NCBI RefSeq assembly: GCF_006345805.1 | Contig: NC_043002.1 | Location: forward strand, 59,892,001-59,956,000 | Origin: Octopus sinensis | Taxonomy: Eukaryota | Reading direction: 5' to 3' | Length of the DNA: 64,000 nt | Shown: in pieces, positions 1-12,222 of the stretch | Layout of the letters: each line of letters opens with the position of its first letter | Position numbering within the stretch: position 1 is the first letter of the stretch | Position numbers and translations under genes: made by a program | The notes under the pieces: model-generated | What the model saw: the letters and a program-made list of their open reading frames with translations, nothing else | What the model was told of the DNA's origin: nothing | Database searches by the model: none

Positions 1-260
1 AGATATTGTCTGGCAGCTTTGAGTGAATTTTCTTGCTTGTGTGGCATGGTGCAGAGTACTATTGCCAGACATAGGAACATCCAGCAGCCAACCTCTTTAT
101 CCAGGGCAGGTATACCTCCCCCAGGTATTTGATACAGGCCTCCGTGTTGCGTGTGAGATAGTGTGGGAAATTGAATGCAAGCATGATATCACCATCACTG
201 TAGAGCACTTCAAATACTCTGATGGTGACGGGATGTTTGATTTTTAACACTCTCCTCATA
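1..260 (-). mobile_element. Tc1/mariner (DD37D/maT-like) transposase relic, runs off the window start
   Basis: The minus strand reads KIKHPVTIRVFEVLYSDGDIMLAFNFPH...YLPWIKRLAAGCSYVWQ*YSAPCHTSKK. This matches the second-Asp region (VWQQDSAPCH) of DD37D transposases, with a stop replacing Q. Confidence 0.75.
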
Positions 261-523
261 TATTCGTAATGGAGCTCCTAGCGCATCGTATTGGAGCTTC
301 CGACGCGATTGCCAAGCGGCACAGCGTGTCGTTTCCAAATTTCTGGCAGTGTGATTTGCGTCATGGAGCTGTTTTTCTTACACACAGTGGCCAACAGACC
401 CTACCATACTGTGTTTTCGACAAAGTCAAAAACAAACAATACGCATGCGCAAAATTTAAGGATATAGAATGGCAACAATTTACCTATCACAACCTGTGTA
501 TATACATACATACGTACATACAT

Positions 524-579
<56 letters not shown>

Positions 580-1532
580 AACAAAGCAATGAAACTGCAA
601 ACACCCATGCCAGTATATTTGGTGCCCCAGCATGGCCGCAGCCTCTAATTGAGACCACTCAAGAAATAGAAGAATAAAAGAATAATATATAATATATATA
701 TAATTGTATACATGTATGTAAGAGTGCATGTCGGCATGTGGATAATATTTAAATATATGTATGTGTGTGTGTGTCTGTATGTAAATATAATATATATATA
801 TATATATATATGTATACATTCATATATTCATTATGTCAATTTTATATCACCTATCTGTGTCTTTCTATATTTCGTTACAGATGTCTCATTCTGGCCAAAC
901 AGAAAAAATATTAAGATTAAACTACATTACACAAACAGACAGACAGACAGACACACACACACACACACACACACCACACACACACACACGAATATATACA
1001 CAACAGGATATACACAACATGATTATATTCTCATACATTTGTGTATATGTATGTGCATATCTGCGTGTGTTTATGTGTGTATTTGTGTGTACGAGGCCGA
1101 TATTCGAAAAAAAAAAGTAAATAATAGTAAAATAATATCAGAGACAATAAAAAAGCAGAAAATTTAATACAAAATTACAATGAAGAGAAACAGCAGAATA
1201 ATATGTAGAGGGAAAATGCTATTGAGAACGAGGAGAAAATGGCGGAAAACCAGTAAGAGTGAAAGATAATAACAAAAATAGAATATACAGAGATTTGGAA
1301 AAAAAAAGATATACACAATATTAAATACGACAAAATGTGGACAAAAAATATTTAATAAAGGGTGAATCGAATTGTATACAAGATTAAATTTCGTTAAATA
1401 TTCTTCGTTTATATTATATTTAGTTTTCATATTATCGTATAAAAGATTTTCTTTCAAAAATTTGTCTTATTGTCACGTTCTCTCTTGCTTTCTCCATCTT
1501 TCTCTGCTCGTCTGTTTTGTCTCTCTTGCATA

Positions 1533-1618
<86 letters not shown>

Positions 1619-2206
1619 CCATCCATCCATCCATCCATCCATCCATCCATCCATCCATACATACATACATACATTCACGCACACACACACACATATATAT
1701 ATTTATATACATACATATACATACACATATATATATGTACATATATATACATGAACATATATGCACATACAAACATACATATATATATATTGAGAGAGAG
1801 AGAGGGGGGAGTAGGGCAGGTAAAATTTGCGCTACATATGATTCGTAACTAGCAGTTCATCTGGGGTAATAATTACTCAAACATCAGTACTCAGGTATCC
1901 ATTCTTCAGCCCGAAAGTACCGAAATTATATGAAAGTTTCATTGTGGTCAAGGCATCGGAAGTTAACTCACCGAAGGTTATTTTTGAAATGTGACAGTTT
2001 TTTTTTTTTCAATTATCAGACTTCGATAAGGGGAATCGAACAACCTTATATTCATCTTGGAATTCGTTCTTGATACCTACCAGGGGCAGCTCAACTCTAA
2101 CAATTGTTCTATATTTAGATCCTATGAATCTTATAATCACACACACCCAGGCAGACAGACACAGTGACAGGCAGACAAAGAAATAGACGGACAGACACAC
2201 GCAAAG

Positions 2207-2239
<33 letters not shown>

Positions 2240-2281
2240 TACACACAGAAACGCTGATATATGTACATATATATGAATATA

Positions 2282-2521
2282 GGTGCAGCCGTAGCTGTGT
2301 GACAATAAGTAAGCTTCCCTTTGTGGTCAGTTCCAACCTAACTGCGCGGTACCCTCTCCTTCTTCTGGCATCACCACTAAACAACCAATGTTAGTTTGTG
2401 TACGTCCTTGAAAATCAACGGCTCGGCAAACGAAACGGAGAGAATAAGTACGAGGACTAAAATAAAAAGTACACTACTCAGTTCAGCCCTAGCGTTTTTG
2501 CGGTCCAATGACTGAAAGAAG

Positions 2522-2527
<6 letters not shown>
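2282..2527 (+). mobile_element. Degenerate tRNA-derived SINE, family B (CORE/OR2-like)
   Basis: Matches the 3' part of better copies in this window (cggcaaa..gagaataagtac..gtccaatgactgaaa; compare 28470-28860 and 37111-37520). Confidence 0.6.
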
Positions 2528-2568
<41 letters not shown>

Positions 2569-2600
2569 TTTATTTTAAGCAGCAGAAAATTCAACAAAAT

Positions 2601-2638
2601 CTGTTACTCTGAGTTTCTCGTTGCCGTTCATCAGACAG
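2601..2638 (-). ncRNA. Minimal type I hammerhead-like motif in a pLTR-like fragment next to (TA)n
   Basis: Minus strand: CUGU-CUGAUGA-ACGGCAACGA-GAAA-CUCAGAG-UA-ACAG. Stem I is CUGU/ACAG, stem III is the near-palindrome ACUC-A-GAGU, the site is UA, and the first stem II pair is mismatched. Confidence 0.65.
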
Positions 2639-3664
2639 TTTTTGCTAGAATGGAACTTATATATTAATTCAATCTATACTCTTACAAACGCTACACCTTT
2701 AAAAAGAAATGGACTTGTTTGATTGGCCCTTTAGAAAAAACGGTCAATCTTCGAGCGATAAACAAAAAGGTCAAAAATATATGTATGTATATATATATAA
2801 AAAAACTTATATAAAAATTATAAAATCCGAGGAAAAAACCGAGAAAAAACCTATTGCCGTTAATGAAGACAGTACAAATTAATGCATATAAATTAAAAAA
2901 CTTATAAATACTGCAATACATATTTACATTAAAATCCACATATATATATATCAACATACACAAAAGGATGCGCGTAACGCCATACATACATATACAGACG
3001 TGTGAATATGAATCTAAATTATACACATAAAAGCATGTGTACATATATTCACGCAAACCGTCTCGCACGCAAGCTAAAATTCATCTATGTAGCATTCTCA
3101 TATACTGAGCAAGGAGGGGAACGAAAGAAAGGGAAAGAGAGAAAAAGGAACGAAGGAGGGGTGGGGAAAAAACTTGTAGCGATGTTATTGGCATCTATAG
3201 AGGCCAGTATAATACACAAGTTTGAATTGATACATACATACCGTCGTGTGTATGCGTGCTTAAGCACAAGCATACTTTCACTTACACATACACAGATACG
3301 CATGCTTACAAATACATATGCTTTGCTATACACAAACTTATATAAACATTCTAAATTTGACAACATTGCTGCTTTTTTTTAAAAAAAACATTGCTTTTAA
3401 AAAATGGGTGCATTAATAAAAATATATACGAAAGACATATAAAATAAAATATAACATCCTATTTTGGGTCATTTATAAATAATCAAGGTAATATAAATAA
3501 TCAAGGTAATCCTATGCAATACAATAACATGAAAACAAAGTTTGTAGGTTTTTCCTAATATATATGTAGAAACAATAAGACTTTGCTATAGGTCCGTCGT
3601 AGCGCTCAAGAGTCAAAATCAAAATAAAAAATCAAAATACAAAATATATACTCTATCCATATGG

Positions 3665-5495
3665 TATATTTATATTCGACATTTTAAATTAGCCGCGTGC
3701 CTACATAAGTTCATTAACTCACTTCTTGATTCAAAGAATTATTGTCTTTGAATAATATGTGCATTTTCTCTAATAAGCAAAGCCTGCACTTGAAATTATA
3801 TTTGTAAGCTCCATGCCTGTATGGTGCCGCCCTGTCCAGAATGCTCCATGTCACGTTGAAAGGTGGGGCTTCCTTTTCTTTTAGTTCCCAGACATATTTT
3901 GCTAGGCTGGTTTTCTTCCTATTCTCTGGGTATTTAAAAGAATTCTTATGCGAATAAAATCTTGTTTTAAATGAATTTTCTGAAGCCCCTGTGTATGTCT
4001 TGTATTCCGATGAGCCTTCCACTTGCACCTTGGCTCTATAAACTACTCCTTTCACTAGACATTTCCCTTCTAACGGACAGGAGCTTTCGTTTTTGAAATT
4101 ACATTTCTTAATGGGCTCGGCACCATGTCTAATCTCAATTAGCTTCCTATTATGTTGGCTAATGTAAGAGGCGAAATTTCTGCAACAAGAATAGCTAACC
4201 TTCAGGGTTCTTCTATTAAATATTCTGTAGAATTTATGACCCTGCTTAAAATGCTTAGAGACTAATCTCAAAAATTCCTTACCTATATTAGTCTTTACGG
4301 CCAAATTGAAAGCCGGGTTGAACCACAAAACTTTCCTGGTCCTAGTTCTTCGTGCAGCATTATTATTAGCATTAAGCTGGTTGAACTGGATCTTCTCCGA
4401 AATCCACTATTCTTTAATGCGCTATCGTAATAAGGTGCAGCATTATGGAATGCTGCCTCGTCCGAAGAAATTGAAGATATTCTTCTACCTACATTGCTGA
4501 CTAAGTTGCTAAGGATAACTGGTGGATGGTTCGAATCTTTGCTAATATACGATAGCTTTTCATTGGGCTTACGGAAAGGTTTAATCTATCCGATCTTGCA
4601 TTAAAATTTACGTCTAAAAAATCTACACTATTCAGGTTAGTATCTATCGTAATCCGTAAGCCCATCCTTTGAAAGAAAGCTATAAGGTCCTTCCTAAGTC
4701 TATCTGATTCATGGCCGTTTAGATTATGCGTGGCTATAAGGCCGTCATCCCTATATAGACCTGCATCTATAAATGGGAATTCTATTTTTAGATTATGGAG
4801 AATAAAGGCTCCTATGAGCATACATAATTCAGCCCCGTCGTATGCCCCCATCGGTACATCGAAAAGAGAATCCTCAGTCTTCTTAATCCAGGTGGAATCC
4901 TCGAAAAAAGAAGCGATTTCCTCGCATGCATAATAATTTCAATTTCCGAGCTATCGATGTTGACATACTGCTTGGCGAAGTCCAATGCCCTTAGGAGCAA
5001 CGTCCTAGATATCGACGGATAAAAGTCAATAATGTCGAATTGTGTGAAACTACAATTATTCTTATAGCTAATACCTTTAAACCACTCTATAACTGACTTA
5101 CTATTCTTCCAAATTCTCAAGTCTACTTCACTATCTAACTTAACTAAAATACAGTCTAAAATATTTTTGCTAATAATTCCTATCTCAGTTTCCGGATTTA
5201 TCAATCTACATTTGGGGTTTCTACTAAAATTGTCTTTATGGTCTTTCAGAGTAATAAAGCTGGTCGTGGTGAAAGGTATTCAATCCTATCGCTAATCTTA
5301 AGATCGTTAGCTATTCCTCTTGCTTCTAAGTTCACCTCTTTGTATATATTCGTGTTGTCTTTTTTGTATGTGTCCGTGACACTATTCGAAGTCAGGCGTT
5401 TATAAACGTCCTTATCAAGTGCATATAAGTTCCTTGTCTTGTCAGAATTAACGAAGATCTTATTCGAGTCGTTAATCTCCTTAATTTTTTCTCTG
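3665..5495 (-). mobile_element. 5'-truncated Penelope-like retroelement (RT + C-terminal GIY-YIG), possibly Hydra-clade
   Basis: Joined minus frames give FITLKDHK..KCRLINP, FDIIDFYPSI, MGAYDGAELC, YRDDG, FLDV, SNHPP, LWFNP, VSYSC, CPLEGKC..VVYRA..YTGASENSFKTRFYSH and CRLCLLEK..RSELMNLCRH. This is a PLE RT followed by a GIY-YIG domain. The clade assignment is from recalled motif style only. Confidence 0.9.
3665..5495 (-). pseudogene. PLE RT-endonuclease ORF remnant (~610 codons) broken by five -1 frameshifts
   Basis: Track ORFs 4812-5204, 4501-4851 and 3714-4328 plus the intervening segments join with frameshifts near 5257, 4906, 4583, 4401 and 3727. I saw no in-frame stops in the homologous frame. 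Confidence 0.8.
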
Positions 5496-5834
5496 ATATA
5501 TACCTGCCAAATTTTACCTGCCCCACTCCCTCAGTATATATATATATATATTTATGAAAAAATGACTTTAGATCGTCTTAACACATACAATATTTTTCCT
5601 TTTTCGTGAAAAATATTGTATGTGGTTAGGCGATCAAAAGTCGATTTTGCAGCATATCGGCATAGAAAATACTTTTCTTTTGCTCTTATTTATAATTATT
5701 ATATAAAATATATTTTTTTCATGCACACGTGCACACACATATACATACATATGAATGTGCGCCCGTGTATGCTCCAAAAATCGTTTATATATATATATAC
5801 ATACATACATATATATACATACATATATACATAC

Positions 5835-5890
<56 letters not shown>

Positions 5891-5958
5891 GTATATATAT
5901 ATATGAATGAGCGCCCGTGTGTGTTCCAACAATCGCAAATTTTATTCAAATTCCTTTA

Positions 5959-6041
5959 CTTTCGACACATGTTTCGAAGACAACATTCGTTTTATTCCAA
6001 AGGAATAAACGGTGTAAAATGCAATCTTCTCACCAGGAAAG
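5959..6041 (-). ncRNA. Hammerhead-like motif with extended stem II, one core substitution
   Basis: Minus strand: CUUUC-CUGGUGA-GAAGA...UCUUC-GAAAC-AUGU-GUC-GAAAG. Stem I is 5 bp, stem II is 5 bp with an inner UUUAUUCC/GGAAUAAA hairpin, the site is GUC, and A6 is changed to G. Confidence 0.65.
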
Positions 6042-6410
6042 AAAGAGAACCTATCTAAAAAAAAAACATTATAATAATTTTGATGATTGCATAAATGATA
6101 AACAGAACGCTATTAAATATTTACACAAAAAAAAACGTTAGTAGTTTTGACGTCAAATGCAGACCCTAGGAAGAGAAGGGGTTAAGAAATAATAAGTAGA
6201 GACCAAATAAAGAGGGATATATTGGTTGAAAAAATATTCAAAGTCTTGGAAGTAAATTTCTCTATTGAAGTAAAGTGCAAGTTGAACTAATTGTTCAAAC
6301 TATAATGACTGGTAAAAATCACATATATGAGCTAAAGGTATGTTTCTACCAGTGCTTATATTTGTAAGATCGCTCTATAAGTGTGTTCAGAGAGGCCCAT
6401 TATATATGTG

Positions 6411-6456
<46 letters not shown>

Positions 6457-6495
6457 AAAGAGACCTCGATATTATGTTATTATGTTAGTAGAGAG

Positions 6496-6617
6496 ATTTA
6501 TCTGTAAATGTAATATGTGACAATTATTCGGTAACCATGATAAAACTCCGAGTTTCGGATGCCGGAGTTTTATCATGGTTACCGAATAATTGTCACATAT
6601 TACATTTACAGATAAAT
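6496..6617. repeat. Perfect 55-bp inverted repeat with 12-nt spacer (fold-back of a pLTR-like end)
   Basis: 6496-6550 is the exact reverse complement of 6563-6617; the spacer is AGTTTCGGATGC. The minus strand across the centre reads GAAAC-UCGGAG-UU, the 3' half of a hammerhead like the one at 2601. Confidence 0.9.
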
Positions 6618-6964
6618 TACAAACAGACAGACAGACAGATAGTTATAGGCAGGTGTGTGTATGTAACTAATCACTATCTCAATTATCCTGTCCCCATGAG
6701 TTGAACATATGCTCATGTATTTAAATAATGTAAATATACTGCTTGGCGCGACAAATATCATACAGGTGTTCCCTTCAGTTGCAATGCGTGTTGCAACCAG
6801 GCTAGCATGAATAGCTTAATTACACCTTTGATAGTTTAACGGCTTCAGTACTGCTCTTGCAGGACAAAATATGTATAAAATTTTATGTTTTGATATTTCT
6901 TAAAACCCATTGAATTTTTTTAGCGCATGACATGAGCCAAATTTCTTTAAACCAGAATCAGAAG

Positions 6965-7195
6965 TGGGGTTGTTTCGGTGGACGTATTATTAAATATGTA
7001 ACCGCATGCGGAGTGTTGGCGACCTTTTTCCTCAGTCTTTCTTTTCTCTTGGCCTTTTCTCTGTCTGCTCTTTCTGAAGAAGAGCTTTGCTCGAAACGCA
7101 AAACACCCTTTCTTTCCTTCCCTAAGCGTCTTATTAATACTTTGCATGTACCATGTCCACGCGTTGCTGTTTTTTTCTCTTGTCCATTTTTATCC

Positions 7196-7200
<5 letters not shown>
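6965..7200 (+). mobile_element. Penelope-type pLTR-like fragment with hammerhead remnant at 7071-7103
   Basis: UUU-CUGAAGA-A-GAGC-UUU-GCUC-GAAACGCA-AAA. Same family as 21960-22165 (-) (shared cttcc..gagcgtc..taatacttt..cc.cgcgttg). Ends at (TA)n. Confidence 0.65.
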
Positions 7201-7233
<33 letters not shown>

Positions 7234-7581
7234 TTTTTTTTTATGAGAGGGGAGGCAATGCGAGCAACAACTAAAGGAACATTACAGAATCCACAGAAAG
7301 ATCAAATACATACATATATTCATTTGTATCTATAAAACCCGAAGTTTAAAAATTTAAAAATTTAGTAATATATAAATATATCATATAACAATATAAATTT
7401 TGCATATAACACCTTGAATTTACGCTTAAAACATTTAGTATAAATTTGTTACAATAAAAGAAATAAAAATAATAAATAAAAAATAAAGGATAGAATGCCA
7501 TAATAAAAGACGAATTAAAATTCTAGAGAAATTTACATAGAAGATAATAATTATACAAATTTACAAAGATACATAGAAGTC

Positions 7582-7660
7582 CATCTACGGACCGTTTCGG
7601 AGACGCGCCAATTAATATGAGACATATATATTTAAAATTGACACACCCCTCGTCAGAATG
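7582..7660 (-). ncRNA. Hammerhead-like motif with long stem II
   Basis: Minus strand: CUGACGA-GGGGUGUGUCAAU...AUUGGCGCGUCUCC-GAAACGGUC. Stem II is 13 bp with G.U pairs and one bulge; stem I is weak. Confidence 0.5.
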
Positions 7661-8487
7661 TCCTATACGCACAGGACATATACGGGAACAAATGCACAAT
7701 TACATACCGGCTATATTCAAAAACGAGACATTACGTCCTCCCAGAAACTCTCATTGATCCTGAATGCTACTTTATAGGCATATAATTCGATCCAGCAGCC
7801 ATAGTAATTGGTATGCACACAGCACCATCTGGACCATTTAACTTCTGCAATTATGTTATTTTATTTCAATCTTATAAATTCTCACAAACATGCAAAGCCA
7901 CATATTCGAGTTTAAGTCCTTGACACATTTTATACTAATTGCTATTTTTTCCTTTTAATTATTATATTACGATAATTTATATATGTTTATATATATATAT
8001 GTATGTATGTATGCATTGATCAACGTATGTGATTGTGTATGTTTGTGTGTGTGTGTGGCGGAGGGTCTGTGTGTTTGCGGTATGCACATAATCAACGAGA
8101 TTGATTGTGTAAATGTACATGCATTATCGTACACATGAACACACAAACACACACGCACATACACACACACATGCACTTTTACATATATATACACAAGAAC
8201 ACATAAACACACTAAGGTACACACTGACACCAACAGACTAATATATATACGTAAGATACAATCGGCACTCACTTTACACAGAAATCCACCTACACAAGGA
8301 ATTTATTAATGAATTTATTATTAATCAATCGATTAAAATTAAATTACATTTAATGAAATTTAAATGCCATCGAATATAAAGTAAACATCACGCTGTATAC
8401 TAAGACAGTAAAAGTATTCTTCTTTCCTGATTTCCTGCATAGCGATTTATACTAGTGGCACAATCCTGTTTTAACCAATCCTATAAT

Positions 8488-8902
8488 TATTTCTTTATTG
8501 CCCACAGGGGGATAAACATAGAGGGGACAAACAAGAACAGGCAAAGGGATTAAGTCGATTACATCGACCCCCAGTGCGTAAGTGGTACTTATTTAATCGG
8601 CCCCGAAAGGATGAAAGGCAAAGTCGACCTCGGCGGAATTTGAACTCACAACGTAACGGCAGACGAAATACCTATTTCTTTACTACCCACAAGGGGCTAA
8701 ACACAGAGAGGACAAACAAGGACAGACAAACGGATTAAGTCGATTACATCGACCCCAGTGCATAACTGGTACTTAATTTATCGACCCCGAAAGGATGAAA
8801 GGCAAAGTCGACCTCGGCAGAATTTGAACTCAGAACGTAAGGGCAGACGAAATACGGCTACGCATTTCGCCCGGCTTGCTAATGTTTCTGCCAGCTCGCC
8901 GC
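8488..8902 (-). mobile_element. Tandem dimer of tRNA-type SINE family A (Meta-domain-like core)
   Basis: A full unit 8673-8902 is followed in tandem by a 5'-truncated unit 8488-8672. Both have GTT-AGTTCAAATTC-GCCGAGGTCGACTTTGCCTTTCATCCTTTCGGGG, a B-box-like motif plus a conserved central domain. Confidence 0.85.
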
Positions 8903-11900
8903 GCTATATTGTCTGTTTGATTAGTAAACTCACGTCGTTACAATATCTTCCTAGATTCCTTCATGATTATCCTCTTGAATTTATGTTGTGTTCAGATCCA
9001 TGGATATTTTGCTTACGTTAATATTAACATTTAAGGAGAATTGAGGAACCATATTATTATATCTTCCTAGACTCCTTCACAATTATCTTTTTGATGTTAT
9101 GTGGTGTGCAGTTGGTCTTCAAATACCATACGTGGCTAGCTAAGCTATGGCGTTACTATTTTCTATGTGCCGGAATGTGGATTGCCGGTTTGCATAACGT
9201 CTTTTAACATTACTTTTCATAAACCGAAATAATTTTTATTTTATTTACTTTATCTAGAGACGATGCTGTGACTTCTGACTTATACTCAACGGAATTTATT
9301 ATACCCGCCTAGTCTAGTGAATAAGCTTCATGCTCTGTTTGGAACGTATAGCTATGTTCATACAGTGTCCGTAGCAATTACTTTATTCCCGTGTGTTGTA
9401 TCTACCATGTATCTTCCCTTCTGGTACATTAAATCTTGGCGATTAAAATTTGCCAGCAAGGGAATGTTTGAAATCCGTGTGGCAAGAACAGACTTCACTG
9501 TGTGTTATAGATTCAAAAAATCACAGGTTATCTACTATGTGGCCCCTGTATAACATGAACGGTGCCAGCACATTTGCAAGCTGCTGTGCAAAGTTTCCGG
9601 TGAATGGATAACATTCTTTGACCATGTCAATCTCGTTCGACTTGAAAATGTGTTTTGGTGCTGAGCTTTTTTCTTCCAGCTGAATCATTATCAATATTTG
9701 ATATCGATATGTTAATATACAGAAATATCTCGGCGTGTGTTCACCTATATAAATATATACCGGGCTTTGCAACATTGGGACATATCTTCAATATATAAAC
9801 CGGCACTGCTTGTTTCCTAATAAGCTGGAAAATGTTGTGGTGGAGATGAGCCCCTCAAAGTACTGGAGGTTAAAATACCAGAAAGAGAGAAAACTCACTC
9901 CGAATCGCAATTCGATGCAGATCCGTGGTCATGATAAGCCACGAAAGCGGCGAAACATCGATGTCTATCGCTCCTGAATAGGTTTATTGGCTGCAATTTT
10001 GTCGTTGTACCGGAAAGACGACTGGTGATTTGCATAACGCCTTTTTATATTGCCTTCGCATTGAGGGAAGTAATTTTTCATTTCATTTACGTCATGTTGA
10101 AGCGTTGCTATGACTTATATTTCGTAGACGACACAGTTTATCAAACACACATGGTCAAATAGGCAACGTTCAAATTCTCGATAGGCAGAACAAGGAGTGG
10201 GATCGTGCTCAGGCATGCGAGTGATAATTTCCTTCATAGTGGGGCAGCAGATGTACGCTGTTTTCATCAAGCGCTTAGAATAACCTTTCTTAATCTTTCT
10301 GTATTTATGGTTTACTGGCAACTGCTAGCTAAAAGATCCAGGAATATCTTGCTTACGTTAATGTCAACATTTAGGGAGGGTACGGAACCATATTATTTTC
10401 CTAAGTCTCTTTTAAGATGTATTTTTAGGTTGCATATTCTCAATTGAAGGATTGCAAAATATCTTATCTTTGAAGTCACAGTCAGCTAAAACATTGCTAT
10501 TGTAGGGGTTTGCCTTATCAAATACTTTTTTGAAGAGATATTGGATAAAGTACTCTGACATTAGCTATCAGTAATCCAAGTAATAAATTACAGTATAGAA
10601 TAAATAACATAGACATTACAACATTAGAAATGTAATTAAAAAATGCATGTTGAGGTAGGTTCGATCTTTCTTAAGAAAAATTATGGAAGCAAGCGGAAAT
10701 TATTTTCTACTCTCTCTCTCAAAAGAAAAAAAAATCACTAAGAATAACAGCTAAAAATATCTTCAACCACAACGTTCTGACTTAACAAAGGAAGGGCACA
10801 GTAGACAATGTGATTCGAGATGTAGAAATAACCAAAATAGTCATGACTGAAACGCCTTTCATTCTAGTTAGCTGAAAACAACTGACCTGGCGTTAAAGTA
10901 CAACATGAAAGAAGCGAGAAGTTCGATACAAAATAAATATTTTATTACATTGCAACCTCGGCGTGCTTTGCAAGAAAAAAAAAACAGAACTTAGGAACGA
11001 TCTGATATAAAAAAATATATATATATAAAATAAAAGAATAAAATGTTCTCTGTCACAAGAAACAATAAATTACCGAAAGTTCAAAATAGAAACTCATTAT
11101 ACCGAGGAAAAATTGTTCGATAAGAACAATGCAACATAAAAGGTAAAAAAAAAATCGAAAGATAAAAATCAATAAAGATCTTGGGAAAAAAAACATTAAA
11201 GAAATGTAAAATGTGTAGACAAACCTATTTATGACCAGTATCCGGTCAGATTGTCAGAGATGCAGTGTGCCAATATAAAAGCCAACAATGGCACTAAACC
11301 TCTGAACTAAGTGCATGAATGAGAGATCTGATTTTACCGAAGATCAGCACACACACACACAAACACACACATTACCATATTAAAATAATCAAGCAAGAAC
11401 CTAGCTGCTCTAATAGGCTGTATAATCAACAAATAAAACATCAATATCGTCATTTCTGGTTGCTTTCTACTTACATCAGAGTAAATCCCCGAAATTGACC
11501 TGGTATATAATTATAGAGAAGAGGAATCTGATTTTTCAAGGATGAAAATGTTTGACAGCAAATGGTCGACGATATTAAGCAATAACTGTAACGATAAAAT
11601 GTTTAGTGAAGTGTTACCTGCATTTTCAATGTATTCCTGATCAATAACCAAGAATAATACACAACAATCAGACTCAAAATAGAGTTTATAAGCGAATGGC
11701 AACAGAATACTGACTTTAAATTAGAAAAACATATAAAATATTATGTATGACCCTAGATGTATTGAAACACAAAAGATAATCTTTTCACCTTTGTAGTTGA
11801 GCTGGATTAAGGCTGGACTTGGGCGAAATAAGAACGAAAATAAAAACACCAGGGATAATATTAAAGCAAGGAATGCGCTTATGTATTTGTTTGCAAGATT

Positions 11901-12022
11901 CCCGATGTGGAATCGTGTGTTAAAACAAACATTGCTATGTTTAGGGATGGCAATATATTCCCTAATTAAGCACATGCACTATACATTTAGTTTTCACTTA
12001 AATTTATTATTATTATTATTAT

Positions 12023-12222
12023 TCAGTAGTTTTATTTTTATAGCGTGCTTTCACTTCACTACCGAGCGCAGCTCTGTGTGCCTTGGGTATGTGCTGTGAT
12101 TTGTTGTGATGCTCTGATGGTTATTGTATGGAAAGTGCTCTGCGTAGGATGTGTGCAGTGCCTAGTAGTGCAATTTTCTGTATGATATATGTGTTTGTAA
12201 GTCCTGGTGTTTTTGTTATGTA

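Noticed and set aside
269-1852. Many 80-160 aa ORFs rich in YI/HT/VC (also 5.6-5.9, 30.4-30.8, 42.7-43.4, 44.7-45.3 and 62.9-64 kb)
   Set aside because: They are translations of (TA)n, (CA)n and (CATA)n microsatellites, open in several frames on both strands.
3560-3615. Hammerhead-like remnant downstream of the PLE ORF (GCUA/UAGC stem)
   Set aside because: Both core segments are corrupt (UUGAGC, AAA); not supportable.
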